Below, in pieces: positions 27,747 through 36,942 of a DNA stretch of 41,347 bases. The stretch spans positions 1-41,347 of the forward strand of contig JALNZQ010000001.1 of the NCBI GenBank assembly GCA_023229165.1. The letters run 5' to 3'. This stretch comes from Methanothrix sp. Its GTDB lineage: Archaea > Halobacteriota > Methanosarcinia > Methanotrichales > Methanotrichaceae. The notes beneath the pieces are model-generated. The model ran no database searches. It worked only from the letters and a program-made list of their open reading frames with translations, and was not told where the DNA came from. The position numbers and the translations under genes are program-made. Every line of letters begins with the position of its first letter. Positions within the stretch are counted from its first letter, which is position 1.

Positions 27747-30284
27747 ATGAGTGAAACATGTTCTGAAGAAAAAGTTGGTGTTGCTGTTGAGAACGTTCAA
27801 GGTGCTGGGGAAGGAATGGCAAAAAACCCTCCCCAGAGTGCCGAAAAGGTGAACGAAACGGCAAATAGTATTATAAATGTCAAAGTATATAAAGATTGCG
27901 ATCATATTCCTTCTCATGAGTATATTCCTGAAGAAATGAAAAAAAGGGATCAATGGGTATGGTGGAAAGTAAAAGAAGTTGATGGAAAGACTAAAAAAAT
28001 CCCTTATAATCAAATAGGAAGAAATGGAGCAAAATGCGCAAGTTCCACAGATAATGAGACGTGGAGCAGCCTTGAGAATGTAATGGGACGTACCATTTTT
28101 ACCCCTGAACTCGGTCCGGGATTTGCTTTAAGCGATGATGATCCTTATTGTCTTATCGACTTAGACGATTGTATCAATAAGTCCACAGGAGAAATTGCGC
28201 CTTGGGCGGCGGAAATCCTTGAAAAAGTGGTTGATAGTTATGCCGAAGTTTCACGCTCTAAGGAAGGTATTCATATTATCATTAAAGCGAAACTTCCAGA
28301 AGGGAGAAATCGAGGAGTAATAGACGACGAAGGTCATAAAATAGAAATTTATGATCATAGTAGAATTATTTCTATGACTGGTTGGGTCATTGAAGGCTTC
28401 CCTACGGTTATTAGAGATCATCAGGCTTTTGCTGAAGAGCTTCAAAGCAGGATCAAAAAGAGCGAAGATTTTCCCGCAGAGAAAGCAGAAAATTTAGGTA
28501 AAAGCCCGGATTTAGAAGATGAAAAGATAATAGAGTTAGGTCTAACGGAAAGCAACGGTAAATTTAAGAGACTCTATGAAGGTGGTGACACTTCAGAATA
28601 TGACTATGATGATAGTAGGGCAGACCTAGCTCTATGTAATGGGATTGCTTTCTATACTCAAAAGCTGGAACAAATAGATAGAATTTTCAGGTCTTCTCTT
28701 TTAATGAGAGATAAATGGGAAAGAGACGATTATAGAGCCGGAACCATAAATAAAGCAATTCAAGGTTTGAGAAAAATTTACAAAGTACACCACGGCATTT
28801 CAATTTCTGATCTTACCAAGGATAAGGACAAGAAACTTCAATTTTCGCCCACAAAGGCAGCTAAATCAATCTTGGACAAAGTACCTTTTAAACTTGCCTC
28901 ATGGGAAATTCAAACAAAAGAACCTTCTCTTTGGACTTGCGGCGATAATGGGCTTTGGACTAAAGGCGGAGACTTCTTAATTGAGGAAATATGTGATAAA
29001 GTAGCTGAAGACCTTTCAAAGCAAGGGAATATCTCAGAAGTAAAAAGACGAATTAAGAACGATCTGAGAAAAGATCCTGTAGAATTTGACACGGGAAAGC
29101 CTACCTTAGTAGGAACTAAAAACGGTTATGTTTGCGACTTGATAACCGGCGAAGTGAGGCCAATGGAGTCTAAAGATTACATAAGCGAAGAGTTGGTCCT
29201 ACCTGTGGACTTTAAACCTAATGCCAAATGTCCAGAAATATTCAAGTTCTATGATAGTATTTGCTCTGATGATTGCTCAAAGATGGCAATGATCTCCGAT
29301 GATTTAGCAGCTTTGAATCTTCAAGCATGGCCTTACATCGCGATGTTTTTAGGACTTGGTGGAAATGGTAAAGGACAAAGGCAGAAATTCAGGCGAAAGT
29401 TCTTTGGCGCGCTAACTATAGCGGATATCTCCTTAAAAGATCTCAATAATAAGAATTTTATTGTATCGGAGCTTTCCAGAAAGAGAATCCTTCATTGTGG
29501 AGAAGCTAAGAGGAATGAAAAGAACGGTGAAAAATACAGCACGGCAATTCTAAAGACTCTAACCGGAGATGATCAGGTTACAACAGATCAGAAGTATAAG
29601 GGCTGCCTTAGCTTTGTTCCGTTCTGCAAAGTAAATATCGATGCAAACGATCCTCCCAGGTTTGACGACGAATCAAGGGGTTTTACCAGAAGGTTTAGAA
29701 GAGTCAATACGCCTTACTATTTCACAGAAAACCCTGATCCTGAAGATCCGACACAAAGAAAGATCGATGAAAAATTGCACGAGAGGATAACCACAGAGGA
29801 AGAGCTTAGCGGCTATTTAAATGTTCTAATTAGCCTGGCAAAAGAGATAGTCCCTAAAAGGTCTTATCCTGCCTGTGAGCATCTTACAGAGGGATATGAA
29901 AAGCAGGTCTATTCAATTGAAGAGTTCAAGAATCAATTTTGCATGGTATTCGAGGTTAATGAAAGCGAATATACTGTTATAGAAGATCTCTATGAGGCTT
30001 TCAAAAAATGGGCTACTTTGGCTAATGCTTCCATCCTAAATAAGAATTCTTTTGGAAAAATATTTTCAAATCTAGCTGGGTGCTGCTCACCAACAAAGCG
30101 CTTTGGCAAAGAGACCAAAAGGGTTTACTCGGGAGTTAGGTTTGATAAAGAGAAGTATAATAGAGCAATAGCTGATATGACTGAAATACTCAATAAGGGA
30201 TCGAATGGAGATTCTTATCAATGCAAACACCTTTCAGAGACATATCAAAACTTGAAAAGAGAATATGGGGATGATTCATGGTAG
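27747..30284 (+). CDS. Primase-polymerase fused to an SF3 helicase (NrS-1/P4-like replicase)
   Basis: QWVWW..., KIPY, IDLDDC, YAEVSRS..GIH, IEIY, D.SRADLALC..IAFY, KW.RDDY...TI.KA, Walker A GLGGNGKG, K.LTGDD, GFTRR. Confidence 0.92.
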   Translation: MSETCSEEKVGVAVENVQGAGEGMAKNPPQSAEKVNETANSIINVKVYKDCDHIPSHEYIPEEMKKRDQWVWWKVKEVDGKTKKIPYNQIGRNGAKCASSTDNETWSSLENVMGRTIFTPELGPGFALSDDDPYCLIDLDDCINKSTGEIAPWAAEILEKVVDSYAEVSRSKEGIHIIIKAKLPEGRNRGVIDDEGHKIEIYDHSRIISMTGWVIEGFPTVIRDHQAFAEELQSRIKKSEDFPAEKAENLGKSPDLEDEKIIELGLTESNGKFKRLYEGGDTSEYDYDDSRADLALCNGIAFYTQKLEQIDRIFRSSLLMRDKWERDDYRAGTINKAIQGLRKIYKVHHGISISDLTKDKDKKLQFSPTKAAKSILDKVPFKLASWEIQTKEPSLWTCGDNGLWTKGGDFLIEEICDKVAEDLSKQGNISEVKRRIKNDLRKDPVEFDTGKPTLVGTKNGYVCDLITGEVRPMESKDYISEELVLPVDFKPNAKCPEIFKFYDSICSDDCSKMAMISDDLAALNLQAWPYIAMFLGLGGNGKGQRQKFRRKFFGALTIADISLKDLNNKNFIVSELSRKRILHCGEAKRNEKNGEKYSTAILKTLTGDDQVTTDQKYKGCLSFVPFCKVNIDANDPPRFDDESRGFTRRFRRVNTPYYFTENPDPEDPTQRKIDEKLHERITTEEELSGYLNVLISLAKEIVPKRSYPACEHLTEGYEKQVYSIEEFKNQFCMVFEVNESEYTVIEDLYEAFKKWATLANASILNKNSFGKIFSNLAGCCSPTKRFGKETKRVYSGVRFDKEKYNRAIADMTEILNKGSNGDSYQCKHLSETYQNLKREYGDDSW

Positions 30285-30286
30285 TT

Positions 30287-30719
30287 TGTAACAGGATCTA
30301 TTACTTTTTAAATCGCTATCTAATGGTGCATTTTGTGAATTTTGTAACAGGTTGTAACAGGTTTGTAACAGGTCAATTTTTTTAAAACCGACATCAACCG
30401 ACGTATTTTTAGGTTTTGTAACAGGTGTAACAGGTTTTTGGGGTTTTGAAAACTTTCCGTAGAAAAATTTCAAATTTTTACTACTTTTTCCACAGGGTGT
30501 TCTCTCCCGCAGGCTTTCAAATATTTTACTGTAAAATATTGCATATTCCTGTTACACCTGTTACAAATTAAATAATATATAGAATAAATGCTGTTACAGT
30601 TATTGGTTTTTAAAAAAATATATTTTTTAGTAACCTGTTACAAACCGGTTACAACCTGTTACAGAAAAACCTAAAATGCTTTGGATGATATTGATTTTTT
30701 AAAAAACTGACCTGTTACA
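30287..30719. repeat. Iteron array, putative replication origin
   Basis: TGTAACAGG x6 (30287, 30343, 30353, 30364, 30417, 30426). Inverted CCTGTTACA at 30548, 30557, 30634, 30655 and 30711, plus one-mismatch variants at 30590 and 30645. Confidence 0.88.
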
Positions 30720-30832
30720 GAAAGGTAGGAATGAACAACCCTGTGGACAATATTAAGTTTAATTCATGCCGCAAGCTTTATATATATTAAATAATATTAA
30801 ACATTTATAATTATAAAACTGGTGATTATTAA

Positions 30833-31366
30833 ATGGTTTATCTTAAGTATCAATGGCCTGAGATTGAATTAGCTTACACAAAAGGACTAGAAGAAGATGG
30901 AAAAACCAAATGGTTGAATAAGAAAGAGATAGCTGAAAGATTTAATGTTGATGTAGGTTATCTTCGTCAGGTTGCAAGACGGGATAACTGGAAGCAGAAA
31001 AGAGCCGCGTATGTCCTATCTCTTTCTCTCAATGAAGGTGACATAGAGATTGAAGATCCCAAGGGCGAATATGAAAAGTTTCAAAGAAAAGCTTATCAAG
31101 CAGCATCGCAAACATTGACTATTATTATTAAGAAATTGGATGCTATTATTAAGAAACAAGAATATAATTTATCTGATTTAAATATCTTAATGAAAATGCT
31201 TGAACGAACACAATTAATTGCTAAAAATAGTATTGGAGATAATTTAGAAAACTTTGAAGATGCAAAGTCCGAATTCGAAAGACTTATGAAGAAGTTGAAG
31301 GAAGATGAGAAAACAGAAAAGAATCTTCCCGAACCTTTGCCAGCGATAACCGTAACCGATCTCTAG
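30833..31366 (+). CDS. Putative terminase small subunit
   Basis: N-terminal HTH KEIAERFNVDVGYLRQVARRDNWKQKR, helical body, upstream of TerL; GGTGA RBS. Confidence 0.75.
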   Translation: MVYLKYQWPEIELAYTKGLEEDGKTKWLNKKEIAERFNVDVGYLRQVARRDNWKQKRAAYVLSLSLNEGDIEIEDPKGEYEKFQRKAYQAASQTLTIIIKKLDAIIKKQEYNLSDLNILMKMLERTQLIAKNSIGDNLENFEDAKSEFERLMKKLKEDEKTEKNLPEPLPAITVTDL

Positions 31367-31367
31367 A

Positions 31368-32020
31368 GCTCGCCTTGTTAGGCTCGCTCTACCTCGCCTG
31401 ATGGCTCGGGCCGGTTTAGCCCGAAAAGGCTAAACCTTCATCTTCTTAATAAGTTTATGAAGTTAGATAAGTATTCATATCTTTATATATTCCAAAATTG
31501 CACATATTAATAAGCTATGCCAAATTGTATTCTAGTTAACAAGTCGTTTCATACTTTATAGGTATCAAAATCAGCTTTTTTAGCTAAATAAAGCCTACTG
31601 TTATTGATTTGTATCAAAAAACCTGAAAAGGCCTATACCGTAACATCTTGAAGATTGAACTATTTCTAATTTCATAATCACTTATAGATGAATCTCAAAG
31701 CCTCTTGATAGCGTTTTAGCTATGAACTTTGTGTATCCGATTCTAAACCAGTATTGGATTATTATAAACTTTAATAGCCTCAATAATCCAATGATTACTT
31801 AATAATTATTTAAAACTTAATAAGTTTTTAAATCTCTGCAAGTTCATTGAAGTATATAAACTAAAGACCTTTTTGCCATGTAGCAAACTATCAAAGTATA
31901 GGACTTTTGCGATCCTAGAGCCTTACAAAGATTATTAAATTAACAAGATATAAACATCAGTGGCAGAAAGGGTAAAGCGTAGCTCGCAGCTACGCAACGC
32001 GAGCCTTAGCAAAGGCGAGC
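31368..32020. other. ~650-nt ORF-free segment closed by imperfect long-range inverted repeats
   Basis: 31368-31387 pairs with 31999-32020; internal perfect hairpins at 31413-31436 and 31977-31995. Confidence 0.7.
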
Positions 32021-32257
32021 AAACTTACTAAGAACTAAAAATTTAACAAGTTTAATAATTCTTAAGTAATTAAAATTAATACTTATATAAACATTATTAT
32101 TAAATTAGCTATATGGCTTTCCCTTTTAGAACTTTAAACAGTGTTAGCCCAAACGCTATAATTTTCGGCCCCTTTTTTTGACCTTTTACCGAAACCTTTA
32201 AATATTAATAAAATTATTAATTAAATAAATTATATTTTAAATTATGGTGTTATTAAT

Positions 32258-33475
32258 ATGTTAGATCTTCCTGTGGGTAAACAACGCTATTCAATATTAA
32301 ATAGTAATGCAAGAATAAATTTATTTGGAGGTTCTGTAAGGGCCGGAAAGACGATTGCTTCCATACTCCGCTGGATTCAATATTGCATAGAAGGCCCTGA
32401 AGGCAACTTATTGATGATTGGAAAAACTCAAAGAAGCCTTGAGCATAATGTTTTAGATGTAATTTCTGACTTAGTGGGGATTAAAAATTATAGATATAAT
32501 AGAGTAGCTGGCGAAGTTTACATTTATGGAAGAAAATGTTATGCCATTGGTGCAAATGATGAAAAAGCTAAAGATAAAATTCAAGGAATAACCGCCGCCG
32601 GAGCCTATGGAGACGAACTCCCGCTTTGGCCTTATAGCTTCTTTACAATGCTTTTAAGCCGTCTTTCTGTAAAAAATGCTAAAGGTTTTTTCACTTATAA
32701 TGCAGAAAGTCCAAGGTGCTGGTTAAAAGTTAATTATATCGATAGAATTGACGAACTAAATCTTAAAAATTTCGTTTTCACTTTGGAAGACAACAAAAGC
32801 CTTGATCCTGAATACGTCGAAAACCTCAAGAAAGAATACGTTGGCTTGTGGTATTCTCGTTACATTCTTGGCCTTTGGGTTGCCGCTACTGGTGCAGTTT
32901 ATGATTCCTTCGACATTAATAAAAACGTTGTAAATGAATTACCTAAGGAAAAGTTTGATAAAATTTATTGTTCTGTGGACTATGGCACGGCTAACGCTAC
33001 CTGTTTTCTTCTTTTCGGACGCTCTAAAGGGAGATGGTATGTTTACAAAGAGTATTACTATGATAGCCGCAAAGCCGGACGCCAAAAGACTGATAAAGAA
33101 TATGCAAATGATCTAGTTGAATTCTTGGATTCGAAGTTTCCCCAGAAGATCTTAATTGATCCTTCGGCTAGCAGCTACAAGACGGAGCTAAGATCTCTAA
33201 AGAAATATCGTGTAGGGGATGCCCAAAACGAAGTTTTAGATGGAATTCGTATAACTGCAAAAGCTCTTCAAGATGGTAATCTCCTCATTTATAAAAATTG
33301 TACTAAATTAATAGAACAAATTCAGTCCTACACTTGGGACGAAAAAAAGCAGTCTATTGGTATCGATTTTCCCGTAAAAACCGAAGACCACGCTTGCGAT
33401 AGTTTGCGTTATGGTGCTATAGAAATCTTCAATCATAATTATAATAAAATGCCAGTAGATTTACCAAAGAGATGA
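32258..33475 (+). CDS. Terminase large subunit (PBSX-like)
   Basis: Walker A GSVRAGKT, Walker B AYGDE, RYILGLW, nuclease VDYG, IDPSA, DHACDSLRY. Confidence 0.96.
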   Translation: MLDLPVGKQRYSILNSNARINLFGGSVRAGKTIASILRWIQYCIEGPEGNLLMIGKTQRSLEHNVLDVISDLVGIKNYRYNRVAGEVYIYGRKCYAIGANDEKAKDKIQGITAAGAYGDELPLWPYSFFTMLLSRLSVKNAKGFFTYNAESPRCWLKVNYIDRIDELNLKNFVFTLEDNKSLDPEYVENLKKEYVGLWYSRYILGLWVAATGAVYDSFDINKNVVNELPKEKFDKIYCSVDYGTANATCFLLFGRSKGRWYVYKEYYYDSRKAGRQKTDKEYANDLVEFLDSKFPQKILIDPSASSYKTELRSLKKYRVGDAQNEVLDGIRITAKALQDGNLLIYKNCTKLIEQIQSYTWDEKKQSIGIDFPVKTEDHACDSLRYGAIEIFNHNYNKMPVDLPKR

Positions 33476-34800
33476 TTTTATTGTTAACAAATTTAAATTT
33501 CTTATCAACGGGGATGTGTTTCCCTGTGGACGATTTAGATACAAAGCTGAGGCTTGAATCTTATGAAAAGAATAAACTCCTCTTTGAAGGAAAGCATTCA
33601 AGCGTTTTCACAGATCTTAATAGGCTTCTTAGAGAAGATGAAAGCTCCGTTTTAGCCTTCTCCCTCAATTGGCACCGCCGCTTGACCACAACCTTTGCAA
33701 ACATGCTTTGGGGTGAAACGCCTAACATTTCAAGCAAAAACGATAGCAATGGAGATTATCTAAAGTCGCTTATAGAATACAATGATTTTTATAATATTGG
33801 CTATGAAACAACCCTTGATGTTCTCAGATATTCGCCAGGTATTATAAAAATAGGATTCGATGGTGAAAGAGCAACTATCGAATCTCAAAGCCCTTTCTTT
33901 TGGTATCCTGTGGTCAACCCAGATAATATCAAAAAGATTCAATACCATGTTTTAGCATGGACTTTTGAAGAAATTGATTGGGAAGGCAAGAAAACAACTT
34001 TATTAAGAAGTGAGATACATTCCAAAGGCAAAGTAGAAAACCGCCTTTATGAGCTCGATAACGGCAAAATAGGAAAACAGATTAAGCCTATTTCATCTCA
34101 TCCAAGATATAAAACTCTTAAGGATGAGCAAAACACCGGCGTTAATGAGTTCTTGATTATTCCAATTTATAACCTTGCAACTTCAGATAACTCATTTGGT
34201 CAATCAGATTATGAAGATATAAACTCATTAATTGAGCAATTAGAGTTAAGAATATGCCAAATAACAAGAATCCTAAACCGTCACAGTCTCCCTAATATGG
34301 CTGGGCCGGAATCTTGCCTTTCAACAGATCCTGATTCAGGAGAAATGATATTTATAAGTGGAAATAAATATTGGCCTCTTGAATCTGGTGAAGCTCCGCC
34401 AGTGTATATCACTTATGACGGCAAGCTTGATAGCGGTTTTAAGCAAATGGAATTTCTCTTAGATCAGCTATATGCACTCTCTGAGACTTCTTCTATTCTC
34501 TTTGGTGATCCTAAGAAGCTTCAAAGGGCTGATTCTTCAGCAGCCTTGAAACGCCTACTAATAAGCACTCTTTCAAAGATTAACCGCCTGAAACTGTCAA
34601 TTGATCCTAAGATCAAGAAAGCCTTGAAAATAGCTTCTCAGATTGAGGTTCAAAAGAAAGTACCTGATGCGGTGGAAATAGTAGATATAAAAACGCTATG
34701 GAGAGATGGCCTTCCAGAAGACCCTAAAGAGATTGCAGAAATAGCAAACTTGGAAGGGACTGAAGCTGAGGAACTTAAAAATGAAATAGCAATAGAATAA
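33472..34800 (+). CDS. Portal protein (SPP1 gp6-like)
   Basis: Directly after TerL with an ATGA overlap; NW.R.L....A.ML.GETP, GQSDYEDI..LI, YITYDG, SSAALK, WRDGLPED. Confidence 0.88.
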   Translation: MILLLTNLNFLSTGMCFPVDDLDTKLRLESYEKNKLLFEGKHSSVFTDLNRLLREDESSVLAFSLNWHRRLTTTFANMLWGETPNISSKNDSNGDYLKSLIEYNDFYNIGYETTLDVLRYSPGIIKIGFDGERATIESQSPFFWYPVVNPDNIKKIQYHVLAWTFEEIDWEGKKTTLLRSEIHSKGKVENRLYELDNGKIGKQIKPISSHPRYKTLKDEQNTGVNEFLIIPIYNLATSDNSFGQSDYEDINSLIEQLELRICQITRILNRHSLPNMAGPESCLSTDPDSGEMIFISGNKYWPLESGEAPPVYITYDGKLDSGFKQMEFLLDQLYALSETSSILFGDPKKLQRADSSAALKRLLISTLSKINRLKLSIDPKIKKALKIASQIEVQKKVPDAVEIVDIKTLWRDGLPEDPKEIAEIANLEGTEAEELKNEIAIE

Positions 34801-34879
34801 AAGTTTTCGCGAACTGGTTGCAGGTATCATACTTTAATTGCAAAATATTAATCATATAAAAAATAAAAATGATTTGAAA

Positions 34880-35047
34880 TTACTTGCAATCATTGTCTTT
34901 TTGTTTCGCTTTGCATTGGTTGTCAAGTTCTCCAGTAGTCGGTTTTGTCGAACTTTTTTCGTATTTACTACCATCTGGAGGATAGTTGGTACAGTTTTTA
35001 CACCAATGCCAAGTATCTTTATCATCTCTTCTACGATATTCAACCAC
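34880..35047 (-). CDS. Small His/Cys-rich protein (55 aa)
   Basis: GAGGTGA RBS and GTG start: MVEYRRRDDKDTWHWCKNCTNYPPDGSKYEKSSTKPTTGELDNQCKAKQKDNDCK; not in the ORF track. Confidence 0.75.
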   Translation of the reverse strand: MVEYRRRDDKDTWHWCKNCTNYPPDGSKYEKSSTKPTTGELDNQCKAKQKDNDCK

Positions 35048-35137
35048 GTTTTCACCTCTATTTATGCCCTTGTGGCAATCTTGTTGTACCTCATTATTAA
35101 ATGTTATGGTAGTGTTTAAAAGTCTATTTATTTAGTT

Positions 35138-35200
35138 CAGATTGCCAATCTAGAAGGAAAGATTTCTAATAAAATCAAAAATGAAATAGCAGTAGAATGA
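35138..35200 (+). repeat. Diverged duplicate of the last 21 codons of the portal gene (34738-34800)
   Basis: QIANLEGKISNKIKNEIAVE* versus EIANLEGTEAEELKNEIAIE*. Confidence 0.85.
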
Positions 35201-35212
35201 AATTCATTCCGC

Positions 35213-35728
35213 TTAAGGCGAGAGTGAATAGAATATCCGATCTTCTGCTTTATCATCATATAAAACCAGCGAGTCTGCATCCGATGATTTTATCTCCCAA
35301 TACACATTACCAGAAATTACACCACCAGGAAATACATCTTGATTAATGGGTAAATCGTTTGGAACAACACCCCATAGAGGCGGTTCAGAAACCAGAGATG
35401 ATGCACCGACTACATGAAGTCTGTATCTCCCAGGGAACGATTCTTCTTTTTCACCTGAATACCTTGCTTCTATTGTAGCCATGAAATATTGATTTCCCTC
35501 ATCAGGTTTTCCATTGAATGGGTTTTCATTTCTTATTTTTTGAGTAGCATCGGGATACACCTTTAGAATTTTTATTTGCCAACCATCGCCTAAATCCATT
35601 GTCGTACCAATTGGCAATGGATTTTCTCTAGTGCCTAACTCTGCTGCGAAGACACAATCCGTCAAAGGAATTATCGACAAGGTGAATAATAAGGCTATGC
35701 TAAGCATTTTATCTAATGTTCTTATCAT
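35213..35728 (-). CDS. Exported protein, DUF4352/Ig-like domain
   Basis: Signal peptide; GTRENPLPIG, N.FN..P..GNQY, VFPGG..SGNV.W. Confidence 0.75.
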   Translation of the reverse strand: MIRTLDKMLSIALLFTLSIIPLTDCVFAAELGTRENPLPIGTTMDLGDGWQIKILKVYPDATQKIRNENPFNGKPDEGNQYFMATIEARYSGEKEESFPGRYRLHVVGASSLVSEPPLWGVVPNDLPINQDVFPGGVISGNVYWEIKSSDADSLVLYDDKAEDRIFYSLSP

Positions 35729-35742
35729 TTTCTTCCCTCCTA

Positions 35743-36303
35743 CTAGACTAATTCAACATGGATTGTCTTCAATAGCTGCAAAGTTCCTTCATTCCACGGG
35801 TACGAAGACACAACTTCGACAAAGGTTTGTTTCCGATAATCAAACGAAGGCATGTATGCGGCATGATAACCGTCGAGAATATTATCCTGTTCTAACCTAA
35901 GGGTCATTGAGGCCACTGCGCCATCTGCACCATCAATTGTACGCGTATCTGAACTAAAACCTGAAATGCGAGGGTCATCACTGTCCTTAGATGCTAAGAC
36001 TTCTTCAATCATTTCGCCGGTAAAAACTGCACCCGTATTGGACTCATTTAAATGTTTTATACCTATCGTCATGAAACGATATAACCCAGTTTTATTATTT
36101 ATCATTACAGAATATTCAATTCGTTTTTCTCCACCTAGAGTTTCATCTATCACAGGAGCATTTTTCGTAACGCTATATGCATCCTGTGGTAATCCTAGAT
36201 CAAACGACACCTTATAGGGACCTGTTACAAAACTATCAGGAACAGCGTTTACTACAGGCAAAACAAACGCAATCAACACTAGCAGCAATATGAATTGTTT
36301 CAA
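35743..36303 (-). CDS. Exported hypothetical protein
   Basis: Signal peptide MKQFILLLVLIAFVLPVVNA; mature PDSFVTGPYKVSFDLG; RTIDG..G. Confidence 0.8.
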   Translation of the reverse strand: MKQFILLLVLIAFVLPVVNAVPDSFVTGPYKVSFDLGLPQDAYSVTKNAPVIDETLGGEKRIEYSVMINNKTGLYRFMTIGIKHLNESNTGAVFTGEMIEEVLASKDSDDPRISGFSSDTRTIDGADGAVASMTLRLEQDNILDGYHAAYMPSFDYRKQTFVEVVSSYPWNEGTLQLLKTIHVELV

Positions 36304-36479
36304 TTTCTTCCCACCTTAATCTCAATATGATCCTTCACTATTTATCCTTATTTAATTTCAACCATTTTTATTCAAGCGCAAACTTTATATAGTAATAATA
36401 TTATTATTTAAATATATTATTAATGGTCTACAGAGCCACCACAGAAATGTTTTCTGTGGAAAATCTGGGAGTTTTCAAA

Positions 36480-36917
36480 ATGGATGAAGAATCAAAATTA
36501 CTTACTTTCACACAAGAAAAGCTTGACAGTATCATATCTGAAAGAGTTTTTCGTGAAAGGGATAAGCATACTGAAACAATCAATTCACTTACGGCTGAAA
36601 GAGATAGCCTCAAGGGAGAGCTAGAATCTACAAAGCTCAATACCCTGAAAGCAGATCTTCTTTCAAAAGCTGGCATTTCACAAGAATGGGCTCCTAAGAT
36701 TGCGGGGAAATCGCAAGCTGAAATGGAATCTGAGATTGCTTCATTCAAGCAATTGATAGAGAATTCTAAACCAGCGCCGGAACCGATAGGCAGCGATACA
36801 AATCCTGCAAATACTAAACCAGTTATAATTACTCGCGAATCAATTAAGCGAATGAGTCCATCTCAAATTAACGAAAATTGGGAAGCCGTTCAAAAGGCTC
36901 TCAAATCGGGAATTTAG
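36480..36917 (+). CDS. Capsid scaffolding protein (DUF4355-like)
   Basis: TFTQEKLDSIISERVFRER, coiled coil, C-terminal IKRMSPSQINENWE; directly before the MCP. The track start 36423 is an alternative. Confidence 0.82.
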   Translation: MDEESKLLTFTQEKLDSIISERVFRERDKHTETINSLTAERDSLKGELESTKLNTLKADLLSKAGISQEWAPKIAGKSQAEMESEIASFKQLIENSKPAPEPIGSDTNPANTKPVIITRESIKRMSPSQINENWEAVQKALKSGI

Positions 36918-36942
36918 TAAAATTTAAAGAGGTTTAATTTAA

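Noticed and set aside
30287-30719. CRISPR array, or the 65-aa ORF 30276-30473
   Set aside because: The repeats are 9 nt, irregularly spaced and switch orientation; the ORF is just translated iterons
30488-30748. TGTGGA/TCCACA as DnaA boxes
   Set aside because: No full TTATCCACA match here, and the host is archaeal
31428-31437. GCTAAACCT shared between this hairpin and the tRNA-Ser att core as a second att site
   Set aside because: Only 9 nt, with no flanking tRNA similarity or composition change; treated as chance
34838-35119. Track ORFs 34838-35119(+) and 34852-35055(-)
   Set aside because: A third frame (34880-35047, minus) has the RBS and a coherent Cys/His motif
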